The translations under genes were made by a program, and so were the position numbers. Below, piece by piece: positions 1 to 12,441 of a stretch of DNA of 64,000 nt. Under the pieces are notes generated by a model. That model ran no database searches, was not told the DNA's origin, and was given only the letters and a program-made list of their open reading frames with translations. The DNA is from Dimorphilus gyrociliatus (taxonomy: Eukaryota; Animalia; Annelida). Positions within the stretch are counted from its first letter, which is position 1; every line of letters begins with the position of its first letter. The stretch spans positions 1,037,112 through 1,101,111 of the forward strand of contig CAJFCJ010000024.1 of assembly GCA_904063045.1 (NCBI GenBank). Reading direction: 5' to 3'.

Positions 1-1017
1 CCTTCTTGCTTATCAGGATTGCAACAAATTCGTTTACCTCTAGGCTACTAGAATAAGATAGCGTTAGTTTTTTTTCTTATTCTATTGACAATGTAATATA
101 CAAGCATTAAAGTCATAAGTCATACAGAAAATATCCTTGAAAAGTTATAACAATGAATTTCTATACAAAATGTATGATGGAAAAAAAAACTACAGTCCAT
201 AAGAATAGCATAAAAACAATCTCAGTCAAAGACATCTATATACAATATATACAGTAGGTTGATTTAAAATGTATATGAAATGCAAGCAAATCCTCCCTAC
301 TTCTCCTCCGAGGAAATATCTGCAAGCTGTATTCCCTTTTGAATTGTTAAACATAAATAGAGAGCAATCTGTTCGACTTGTAAATCTTTTAGTTCTGCAG
401 ATAGATTCAAGTAAGAATATATCTTTTGAATTAGGGTATAATGTGTTTGCCCTTCGTACTAAATCGTTAATTCGCGCACAGAAATTCGTCAGTTATAATC
501 AAAGTCTCCAAGGTTATTTGTTGCTATTTATTACTACCGGTTGTAAATCAGGTTAAAACGGCTTTAGTGAGTGATTCTAATTGATTGTTACTGCCTAACC
601 CTCGTTGTTCTATTAAGGTTGACCCGAGGGAGCATTACGAATTATTTTTTACTTGAAAAAATTAGCTTTTCTTGCCTACAATGGCCACAAGCAGAATCCA
701 CAATGCTCGTATGATGAAGTGGGGTTAATTCCTACTTATCCTTATTTTCTAAATCACATCCTATTGGTGTATTTCAGCTGTGGTTAAGGAGCATTATAAG
801 AAATTGATTTTTGAAGCCTGGTTATTCCATTTTGTCGAATTTTCAGTTCCTATTGAAATTAGGATTGTAGAGCATTAATGATTTTTTTTAGCTGGTTATT
901 GTTGTATTTGTTGTTCCTTTTTTTCCGAAAGGTTTATTTACATTAATTCAATGTTAAGGTTACAATCACATATAACAATTTTACACTGTCTCAATCAATT
1001 TGGCTCATCATCTTTTC

Positions 1018-2514
1018 TTAATCATACTCACCTGGTTTACATTGTTTGCATTGTTTTAGCATTATTTCTGATCCATCTTCAACTGTTTCAGCGTTTCGAC
1101 GACTTTTCGGTCTCTTATAACAAATTCTATAAAAGCCTCGAATTCCAGGTGCTGTCAATTGAATCATAACCGCAGTAAAACTACAGTGAGCAAAGGCAAG
1201 CACTTGAACAACGACATCGGCCATTTGTATTTGTGCTTTCCATTTGCTATCTATCAGTTGTAGTGCAGTCGTTGAAAATTGAATAATGTTAATTAGAATA
1301 AGAGGGAAATTTAAAAAAATATAACTTAGAAGAATAAGAAGAGAACACTTTGACCAAGCTTCTTCTGTTCTATCGAATGTCAAGTTAACTTCATCTTCTT
1401 CGATTTGTCGTGAATGCAATTGAAATTTTTGTCGACTTCAGTTAGGTTTTTATTATTTTTCGAATTCCATTTTTCAAATTTAAAGATAGCTTCTATTATG
1501 GGTTGTACATCTATTAACTCTAGAATACTCTCTCTCTCTCTCTCTCTCTCCCTCTCTCTCTCTCTTTCTCGCTCTCTCTTTCTCGCTCTCCCTTTCTCTC
1601 TCTCTGCCATTTCTTTCGACGTATATTTGTGTTGACGTAAAGTTGGCACAAGTCTAAGCTATTTATTATTTTAATATATATACATATTTTTGAGGACGTA
1701 TTTTTTAGAAAGATGTACAGATATCGGCTGTATTAACGTTATATAAATCTTAATACTACATAAGGCACAACTGCAATAGATGAAAGGAGCTTTGATTGTC
1801 TTAAGTTATATTTTACCTCTCTTAAGATGAAAAATGGTTTTAATATTTAGCTATATTGAAATTTGGTCTTGGGAAAATAATAAAAACCCCCTACCTAATG
1901 CCAACAGTAACGGCAAAAGCTATTCCGATACCGAACAATATCGGTGCATAAGTGTTTAGACTTGCAATTACGTAGGGCCAGTAGAGCGTATGAAAATCTG
2001 GATATACCAAATCGAAATAACACCCCCATATCTTGTCGATAGTATGAGACCACATGGCGTGAACATCTATTGATAAAACTCCTATGAAAGCCGCCGTTGC
2101 AAGGCATTTGGCTTTAAAGGGCGAACATATGAAAGAAGGTTTGAAAAGAAACACTGCCCTTTCACCGCCCATTAGCACAGTACACCATGCAGTCCAATGA
2201 AGAAATGTTTGGTCCGTAACTGTATGTAATTTACAAGTCCATTCATACAATTGAGTGAGATGTCTAGTTTCTGTAAGCTTTGAAATTGCGTCTAAACCGG
2301 GATCTAATAAAAGAACCAGAACGTTTGCTGAACAAATTAACTTAGCGAAAGATGCAGTACAATGTTCATGATTGATGTTGGAGAGAGAGGGAACAATAGC
2401 TAAATTACCAAATATTCCTATTACCGCCAGAATGGGTAGCACGATTGATGTAAAATAGTACTTCACCGACTCTTCCGTAGTATTGAGGAGCGTATTATTT
2501 GAGGTCCTGTTCAT
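1018..2514 (-). CDS. Class A (rhodopsin-like) orphan/peptide-type GPCR, probably two coding exons (2514-1895 and about 1435-1018)
   Basis: ORF 1891-2526 has an N-glycosylated N-terminus (NRT, NNT, NTT), TM1 ending GIFGN, TM3 ending VLMGGER (DRY-equivalent) and TM4-5. ORF 1018-1419 supplies TM6 (LSYIFLNFP) and TM7. The AG|GTAG donor at 1895/1894 is phase-compatible with an AG acceptor at 1437-1436, but that acceptor is uncertain. Confidence 0.8.
1528..1605. repeat. (CT)n/(GA)n microsatellite in the GPCR intron
   Basis: Direct reading; it generates the spurious RERERE and LSLSLS ORFs. Confidence 0.9.
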
Positions 2515-3500
2515 GTTCCTGTACAAAGAAAGAGCGTTAGAACTGGTTAAAAGAAAATTTTATTCTAAAGGAAATGAATCTATAATTAGGAGATTGCTAT
2601 ATTTGGTAGATGTGCACTTTTTTTAATTGGAAAATTTCTGCACCAACATGGTATTTCAATTGTAAATCATTATTACAGTTTGTTCTAGAACAATAAATAT
2701 GGGAGAAAAAAGTTATTGCTTTTGTAGGCCTAGATGTTAGAAAAGAATAAAAAAGCAGGGCAAAACAAGGAAAAATCAACAATCATCATGTAAGAAAATA
2801 AGCCTGTTTGCATGTTAATGGGGATCTGTTGAAGGTACCCTTACGTATATTACTAGGCTGCCACCAAGATTAGCTGGAAATTCATCACGTGATTGTGCCA
2901 CCGTGTTAGTTTTTTGTAACAACCGGAAGAACCTACCATCTGAATTGTAGACATTCACTTGTTTAAGTCTGAAAAAGGGCTTTAATCTTTTCATATTTCC
3001 TAATAAGCCCTATGAAGAGCCTGATATTTACGTAATATTTTCTATTCATTCGTTACTTTTTTCTTTTATTTAAAAGTTTCTTTTACATTAACAGCACTTT
3101 ACGATCAAAACCTCTAATATTCGATTATATAGTTTGTTCTTTTTTCTCCTACTGTTACATCTTATTTACCCACCTTCTTTGACTAGAGAATCTATCAACT
3201 ATTTTATGTCTAGCTTGCTATTTCTTTCTTTCCTTTACCTCCCACTCTTGATTCTTAAGAATGTTAGAATTTTTTCAACATTTTTAATGTAATAGTCTCC
3301 AATAAATAGCATCAAGATATATACCATGATATCTACTTGTACTTAATTAAATGCTATAAATCTATGTGTTTATCTTAACTGTTAAGAAATTTGACATCCA
3401 ATAGCATCTTAATACAAATTAGTAAAGGGCAACGTTAATTAAGGTGAAGTGGCAAATCTTAAGACATGGCAAAATCAGATAAAATGTGTACCTGTTGTTG

Positions 3501-3504
<4 letters not shown>

Positions 3505-3532
<28 letters not shown>

Positions 3533-3545
3533 CTGTATATATATA
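3505..3545. repeat. (TA)n microsatellite
   Basis: Direct reading. Confidence 0.85.
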
Positions 3546-5403
3546 GTGTATCTAAAAGTATACCCTATACGTATTACGAACTAGATATCTGTTTGTTTTG
3601 AAACGAAAGACATAAAATGTTGGACAAAGTTTATTATTAAAGGTAAATTAGTATGATCAACTTGTACATTTCATTTGATTAAAAATATTTGTTACTGCTT
3701 TCATCACAGATGGATTGTAACTTTCTACTTGACTATCGTATAATATGTAATCTCTTTTCTCAATCAAAAGTCTGTTCCAAGACCGTTGTATAATTTTATC
3801 TTTAATTACCCGTTATCAATCTTCAATTTCAACAAATTGAGCTTTTAAAGTGGTACATTTAATGAAAAACATTAATTAACACCAAATCTAGTAAGGCATA
3901 AACGATTTACACTTATCTCTTTGATTTATAAATCTTGTAAAATTTGTCAAAAACGTCTGGTAGAAATATTTTCATTTATAGCTATATTCAACTAATATAT
4001 CTATATAATTAACCTGAGAATAACCTAAGGTGTAGTAATTGGTTTCGTTTCTAAGTTTTTAAAAAAGAAAAGTCTTGATTAAGAAGTAGGATATCTCAAC
4101 AAGCTATTGAAAAAATTGCGTTTAATGACTTGAGGTAGTCGGTTGTATAGTAAAGAATTTCACCGGCGGACTATGCAGCCGTCTAACTTTGGTTATTTCA
4201 CGCTAACTCTACGAAAGCTTAATATTATGTTACTTACGATTGTTGTTGGAGGATGACGGACGTCAGACTGAGGAGCTGAGCTAAAAATTTTACAGATGGC
4301 GCTCTCTCCATCAAATACTGGATGCTCTTTTAATAATTGCATCTCGTAATTTTACGGTTTAATTTAGTTAGTAAGGAACTTTATACGTTTCCTTTTTAAA
4401 TTGATTATAACATCTAGATATCTTCTTTGATATTAACCTTTAGATTTGCCTTTCATGTCATATAGTCTATTTAGTACATTTTGCTTAAAAAGTACTAGTA
4501 CAAAGTGTATGTACAAGCTTATTTTAAATGATGTGTTCCTGTACGTTTATTTTATTTATGAATTAAAAAATGTATTTATTAAAGGGCCATTTAGTTTTAT
4601 CTTGCTTTTGTATTAATTCTTTTTTTACTTATTTAACACATAGTCTGATTAATCGCCTATAACAAAGAGATATCTGTCATTATTTCTTTCTATTTTCACT
4701 CTTTTTTTTCTCTATCAACATGACAATTAAAACAACTCAATGTACAAGAATACGTCAAAAGCTTCTAGCTGTAATCGATGTTGTTGTAAAAATATCTGTC
4801 TATATACTGTATATATCTCAGAGAGGAAAAATAACGATGTCTTTAATTAATAAAAACAAAAAACAATAAACAAAATGTAGCCTAATGCACTAAGATGGAT
4901 TAATCTTTTCATTTATTTTCATCCAAATAATCTTTAACAAACAATTAACACAACTATCTAAATGGTTGAAATTGTAAAATAGCATATGGTACACGACCGA
5001 GTAGTAATTAGTTCGGTTCGATAACAAAAGGTATCTTAAGGCTAAAAGCGGTTAATCGTGCCAACGAAAGAATATAAGATATATATTATATACATGTATA
5101 CTTTTGTATGCTACATGTATAAATTATACTAAACCTATTATATATTCCTTAATCAATTTATATTTATAAACAATGATATATATGAGAAAATTATTGGGAG
5201 ATAGAGCACGCAAAGACTCTTCTTCTAGAGTACAAATATTTATCTCTTAGTTTTAAATAATAAGTAAAATATATGTGAAAAATAATGAAAATCGAAAATA
5301 GTGCTTTGAAGTTTCTACTCTTTCATAAAGTGTTTTTCATCAGACAGTTTCTTCATGTACTGTATATTAGTTAGCGAGCTGGGTTCGTAGGTAGGTAGGT
5401 AGT

Positions 5404-5404
<1 letters not shown>

Positions 5405-5434
<30 letters not shown>
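5405..5434. repeat. (AG)n microsatellite
   Basis: Direct reading. Confidence 0.9.
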
Positions 5435-5436
<2 letters not shown>

Positions 5437-6018
5437 GTCTATAGTGTATACTATTTAACAATATCTACGTATAAATTCGTTTTATATAATAAATTCGCTC
5501 TCTCTCTATCTCTGTTCGTAAACAACATCACCATTTAAGAAAAGGAGAACAAAAAAACAAAAGATTTTCAAGTACAGAAAAACTAACACCTAATGTTTTC
5601 GTTAAGTGACTTGAAAAATTGATTATTGCACATGAGAAAACTTTTATGAATTATTTAATTTCTTAGTTATTATACGAGGAAAAGTCGTTGTTAAAGTTAC
5701 TTATCTATCAAATAATAATTGATTGAATTACATGGAAGTGGCTAATCCTTTTTGCGAGTAATATCAAATAGAATAGGAAATTAGGCTTAATAAATAATCT
5801 GCTTTTGTTATTGAAGTAATTGTTTATAGTAAATAATTTTCAACAGTGTTGAATTAACGTTCTGAGATATTCCCAAAAATAAATAAACAAATATATTTAC
5901 TATAATATATTTACTATATATCAATAAATGAAAGAAAAAGAAAGTTAAAATAGACGAAGAACGACAATATGCAGCTATGTAATTTTATTTTTTTTCTTTT
6001 TTCTATATTTCAAACAGA

Positions 6019-7338
6019 ATCATTATCAGAGGCGGTTAAATTACTGAAAGGTGAATACACTATTCGTGCTATCCGAAAGCATAAAATGGATCAAGCCATC
6101 ATTTTTTGCCGAACGAAATTAGACTGTGATAATTTAGAATTGTATTTGAAAAGTCATGAGAATCAACGAGGAGAGCTCAGCTGTGTATGTTTACACGGCG
6201 ATAGAAGACCCAATGAAAGGACAAGCAATTTGCAAAAATTTAAGGTTAGTGTACCTGTATTTGAAATTTTTTATTTTACTAATCGAACTTTATCTTCTTA
6301 TTGAATCTCCAATTATTTTTCATTGTTATCTTTGTATACTTGCTTTCAGAAAAGAGAGGTCAAATTTCTCATATGTACTGATGTAGCTGCCAGAGGATTG
6401 GATATTTCAAAATTACCCTACGGTAATAACTGCTCTTTTAAAAAAATTAAACTTTTATCTTATCAGCACTTTTACTTCAGTAATTAACGTTACTTTGCCG
6501 GATGAGAAGCAGAATTACGTGCATAGAATAGGCAGAGTTGGACGAGCAGAGAGAATGGGTCTGGCTATATCATTTGTTTCAGCTGTGAAGGAAAAAGTAC
6601 GTGACGTAATCCTTCAATAACTAATTTGTCCTTAAACTCTGATCGTTACATACGTGACAGTATAAACGGAATTTCTCAATTTTCTCAACTTTTTTTCTTA
6701 TGTTAATTGAAAAAAAAATAGAAGGAAATAGCTTTAATATAGTTTTTCTAGTTATGAAGAAAAAACACAGCAAAGAGAGTTGTGAATGAATAATTAATGA
6801 TATCGTTCATTTTATTTTTCATGCCCTCACTTTTAACCACCTTTGCTTTTGTCGTTTTTCTATTTTTATTGTAGAGCTACGCTTAGATTCAATTCAGTAA
6901 AATAACGATTTATCCCACGTAATTCGTAGTATTCTTAGAAGCAATTGATTATTCATTTATATGCGTATACAAAAATTCTTCTCTTTCTAGGTTTGGTATC
7001 ATTCCAATTGCTCAAATCGAGGAAAAAACTGCTATAATACTTTACTAACTGATCACGGAGGGTGCTGTATCTGGTACAACGAACCTCAGTACCTGGCCGA
7101 CATTGAAGAACATCTAGGCGTCACCATTGACAATGTCGGTACAGATTTAGATGTTCCGGTGAATGAATTCGATGGAAAAGTTTCTTACGGACAAAAGAGG
7201 AAAGTTGGTGGTGGAACGTACAAAGGCCACGTTGATATTCTAGCTCCGGCAGTCCAAGAATTGGCAAATTTAGAAAAACGCGCTCAAACATCATTTTTAA
7301 GCTTTGCTCACGAGAAACCATTTATATCAACTCAATAA
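6019..7338 (+). CDS. DDX1: DEAD-box RNA helicase DDX1, 3' four exons only (6019-6244, 6350-6422, 6481-6596, 6991-7338)
   Basis: Spliced translation gives [11 protein letters not shown]...[17 protein letters not shown]...CLHGDR...[14 protein letters not shown]...[20 protein letters not shown]...KVWYH...GCCIWYNE...[11 protein letters not shown], characteristic of the DDX1 helicase-C and C-terminal region. All introns are GT-AG and in phase. Confidence 0.95.
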
Positions 7339-8847
7339 CTTTTTCACTATTTGCATGAATATTGTTATTCCGTAAATTATTACTATTTGGGATTCGTCTG
7401 TCTGCTAATTCTAATTTAAGCGTAGAGCTCTAAATATATTTAGTATCATTCAACAATGACTTTCATCTTGAAAAAGTACCAAGTTCGTCGAGTACACTGC
7501 ATATGGAAACGTAATAAGGACAATGGAGTAGTACTTTCCTTATATATATTAATTGGGAGGTCGAGACTAAATTTAAAATCTTTGTTTTTTGCTCTTACAC
7601 TATTTTGCCAATAGAAAGCTATATTATCAGTAATGATTAACTAAGGTTGAAAAAACATATTCAGTACACGCTATTAAAAGGAGAGACATTTCCATAAGCG
7701 CACTGCTTTGAAGTTGTATAGGCTTCGTTAACCCGTTGATAATTGGCTACTAAATAACAAAAGAGAAAAAACAATTATTAATTACTATTTTGTTTTATTA
7801 TTTCATAAAAATTGTACCATGCATGGATAGTATAATATCATGAATACATATATAACCCTAACCCTAATACATCTATACACAAGTTAAATATACAATCTTT
7901 AGCGTTAGCATAAGTATACAATGTTACAAACTAACAATCTTATTAAACGTATATTTCTGTAATGCTAAAATTCTCTTCGTAGAGTTAATAGTTTTAGTAG
8001 AGTTTTTGTTTGTTCTCTTATTCTTTATCCAGTCTTCCCCTTTCTTTCGTTCTTTAAGTGGTTTATTTTGGCAAGAAATTACAAATTATATTTAATATAA
8101 TAAAGTAAAGATAGCTTACAATTACAAAATTGGCATTTACTCTTTATTCATTTATAGAGTAAAAACTCAGCTTATCATAGTTTTTTTGTGCTACCGACAA
8201 CTAAACAAATAGTTTCTTTCCTTATTTTCATCTTCTAGGCAAAAGAAATAGAAACATCAACAACTAAATGTGTTCGTATTCTCTTTTCGTATCCTGCGTC
8301 GAATTATTTGATGTTTCTTTTTAATGTGAGTATTTAGATGATCAACCCTCCGATAAGATTTCTTGCAAAATTCACAGACAAACGGCCTATATTGACTATG
8401 TACACTTCTATGTCTCTTTAGTTCGGAGAGTCGATAGAAACTCCAAGGGCAACTTTCGCATTTATAATTTCTTATTGCTGAAATAAATTAAATAGCGATA
8501 TTATCAAAATTTTTGTTCTCACCGAATAAAACAACAAAACAACAAGAACCAAACAATTTAACAATAATAATAAAATACAATAGATCGTTTTTCAAGAAAG
8601 AACCAAGGCCACGTTAACCTCTGCGATTTGTTAGAGAAAAAAGGATGAATGGCTAGCTATCCTTGAAATATTTAAAATTCAAGACTATGTTATAGAACTT
8701 TACAAGGCTGTCTTGGAAAATAAAGATCAAGCACATATTTAAAGCAAGCTGCCCTTGAAAAGAAAAAAAAAACAGTTTCAACCTATTGATATTTCTATTA
8801 TTGAATTTAAAACTTTATTTATATATTTATATACTTCTATATATATT

Positions 8848-9527
8848 TTAGGTACGATCTAAAAGTATTATATATTTTGTATTTATATTTATAGAAGTTA
8901 ACTTATTTTAATAATTTTTTTTATATTATAGCCTATAGTCTACTCAAGAAAAATTAACTATTCTATTCCTTAATAGTCCACCCCATTGTTTATACATGTT
9001 AGCCATTTGGATTGAAGTATATATATCCCGTTCCGATAAAAGGAGGATGATTTTCTCCTCAAAAACTCCCGGATGTCTTTTTTTAGCTCATCCAAATTTT
9101 TGTAACCAACTCCCCTGATATGATGTTTTAATCGTCCAAACAGGTAAAAATCAGATGGGGCCAAATCAGGGCTGTATGAGGGATGTGGACATACAGACGA
9201 TCCCTGATTTCCGATAAAATCTGTTGTGTACAGACTGGTGGAGATGATGTGTGTTTGTAGGTTAGGGAAGCCCTCTTTGATTCAGGATCATAGAGCTGAA
9301 CCCAAGGTTCATGCCCACAATAGCTTTTTAACCTTGTGTGAATAGTCTTTGAAGAGGTTGTTGCTTGCACCGAAATAATTTTGTAGTGGCTTGACAGAGC
9401 CAAATGAAAGTTTTCACAATGAAAGTTTACAGATTAAGTAATATATTTACAGTTTAAGTATCAATAGTATTAGTCACGCCGTTTTAAAATTACAGCAAAT
9501 TGTATGATATTTTCAGATCGTACCTAA
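8848..9527 (-). mobile_element. Internally deleted, decayed mariner element (about 680 bp)
   Basis: Imperfect TIRs TTAGGTACGATCT(A/G)AAA... at 8848 and 9527 in a TA-rich context. Minus-strand fragments WVQLYDPESKRAS and HPSYSPDLAPSDFYLFGRLK are mariner transposase motifs; the middle of the catalytic domain is absent. Confidence 0.85.
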
Positions 9528-9928
9528 TATATGTATATATAAATGTATCCTTATGTAGGTATATAGTAATATGTTGTTTATTATATTTTTGTTTGTTTTC
9601 TGTAAAACTCTTTTGACAAACTACTCAACCTAGAATAATTCCATTTTACTATTCCTAGTTCATCGTACTCCTTAATTTTCTCTTCTCGTTGACTCCCACT
9701 CTTTTTTTTTCTCTCTCTCTCTCTCGCTCTTTCTCTCATCGTTTCCCTCTACTCATTTTTAACACTCTAGTATTAATTGTTATTAATATTTTATATATAT
9801 TTATATCCAATAGCGTATATAGCTTACTTAGATATTATATATATTAGCCAAAGGTTTTATATCATAATATAAATTACAAATCGTCAAATACGTTATTTCT
9901 AGCCTCACTCAAATAACTATTATAACAC

Positions 9929-12349
9929 TTAACTAAATCGGTAATAGCAATAATTGCTAAGTAAAAAACAAAAATTAACTTTCTTATTACTGGCTATATA
10001 GGAAATTTTAAATTTAAACAAAAATTTACCTGATTGCTTCTTTATTCTATAATATGTCATCTTCTTTTTTTCGGTTAGTTTATCCTGGTTTGTACAATCT
10101 GGATTAAAGCCTGGATATGGAAGATGTGGTATTGTATTCCATTGGAATATTATCTCATCATCCTCATCTTCCTTGTCCGATTCGTTCGGGCATTTCGTTA
10201 AGCCAAAAGGGCAATAAATCAAAGGTGGGGGTTGCAGTTCAACATAGAGCAATTCTGGTATATTTTTCATAACTAGGGTCTTTTTAGACGGTTGATTAAA
10301 TTGCGCAATATACCACAAGTTCCAATTCTTCGGACTCTTTATTTCCTCCTTAGATAGTAGGCGAATGAACAGTTATTTATACGGGGCCTATTTAACAGGC
10401 CTAGCCTTAGAAGGCCCAGCAGCAGTCTTTTATCGAAGCTTTCAGATATTCGTCATGTATAAATCAGTTATAAAGAGAGTAATTATATTTGGCAATCGTT
10501 TCTTAAAATCTCTTCATAGAACTGTCATATATAACCGAGCAAAAGATACCTTCAGAGCTTGTCCTCCAAACAGCCTATACTGTATATCCCTGACCCAATA
10601 TTAGATAAATAAAAGTAACAAACTAATAGATATATATAGATATAATTGATCTCTTAATAACAGAGTTTCAGAAAAATACCAACCGATGATAATGCAAATG
10701 ACGAAATACTTAATTAGTTTTCCGTACTCCTCTTCTCAATTAGGCTCTGTCTTTAATCCAGGAGGAGTGAAGTAAGTCTCTCAATTAGAGAGATAAAAAA
10801 AAAAAGAAAAAAACAAAACGCCAAAAAAAAAAGAAAAAACAGAGTCAAAAAAGGGAAAAAGAGATAGGCGAAAAGTAATTTTAAACCTTTTGCGTGAAAC
10901 AGTCCTTCCATACAAAAGTTTTGATTATACTGTAATTTTTTTTTTAATTAAATAAACAAAAACCCTCTTTTCTTATTCTTGTCTTTTAAAGAAAAATGTT
11001 ATAAAATATCTATTTTAAATTCCTAATTCTAAATAGAATGTAATAATTTTTTATATCGTTAATCCTTAAATAAATAGAGCTATTGTTACCTAATCCATTT
11101 CTTTTTTATACGAAGCTGAAAAAAGGATTTTCTCTTCTTTATTCTCTCCTTATAATAAATACTCAAACCCGTTAAAAGGCCTAATACTTTATTTCTTCTA
11201 GTCTCTCTCGCCAGACAACCCAGACCGATATAACAAAAAAGATTGTCTTGATAAATCGACTATCGATATTATATTCTTTCTCTTTTATGCTTCTATTAAT
11301 ACATATATAAATCTAAATGAAAAATTCTTCTGTTAGATTTCTCTATTTTTCGTGTCAGCCTTTTTTCTACAGAATTAAACCTATATCATCTTTACTTAGT
11401 CTTTTACTTGAATTACTAATAAAAAAGTGAAGTAAAACTGTTATATAATGAATCATTAACGCTGCTACACGGGATAGAATATTACAATGTTACCCGTTGT
11501 TTACTCTTGTATATTGTGTCAACAAATTAATAAGCGTTTCCTTTAGAAAAAAAAAAACCAAAAGAACAAATAACGATCTGATCTCGAGTTTTATTCGTTT
11601 ACAGTCTTCACTCTCGCCTTTACTCTGTACTATTTTGTCATTATTGTTCCATCTTCGAATTTCCAATTTTGCTGTTGCTGGTCTCCTCTTACAGTATCTC
11701 GTTTACCTGAAACAAAATTCCTTGGGAGAAAATACAGAAGCTTTTGCATTAATCTATTGACTTAGGTCTTCTCCCAAAGATGGCGCTAATCAGTAAAGAA
11801 GTCTGTCTAAATTTGGATAATTTCAGAGGGCGAGGATATCAGTAGTGAAAGTGCCAAAGAGGAAGAAAAACCAAATAGGAAATTGTATTGTAGTGTTGTA
11901 CCGGTGAAAATGTAAAAAGTAAAAATTCTTAAGTGAATGCAGTTTTAAAGAGGAAAATTGTCTATTTGGTGGTATCATTATTTTTTTTTGGATTCGTACT
12001 TGTTATTATAATTGCAATAATTCTGCAAAAAGGTTACTGGTTTTAAATATTGGCTTGCTTGGGTGGAGGATTTGGGTTCTTCGTCAATACTTTTATCTGG
12101 CAAAATCGTCTTATTTGTAAAGGACAAGTTCAATAATTTATACAAATATGATATAAAATGAGCCATACCATCTTCTTGTATTAAGTTACTATGGTTTGTC
12201 TGATTTGGCTCGCTTCTACGAAATGAGACGTTCCTTTTAGTATTCCTACCATTACTTGCTTGAGATGTCATCGCCGTGCTTAATGGGTCCGACTGCGGAA
12301 AATCGCAGAAATTCTGATTATCCATTCCCTGACCTGCCCTAGCTCTCAT
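9929..12349. other. Unresolved coding-like region with exon candidates on both strands
   Basis: Protein-like minus ORFs at 9929-10318 and 11978-12349, plus + strand open segments bounded by AG/GTAAGT (e.g. about 10663-10768). No consistent gene model could be assembled. Confidence 0.3.
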
Positions 12350-12441
12350 CGGACAAGGCGTTCTTTTGATTTAATAAATATAAAAATAGTAAACAAAAGA
12401 AACAAAGAGAAAGCATCATTTACTAATAAACCCCTGTCATC

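Noticed and set aside
1380-1649. ORFs with RERERE / LSLSLS runs
   Set aside because: Translation of a (GA)n microsatellite inside the GPCR intron.
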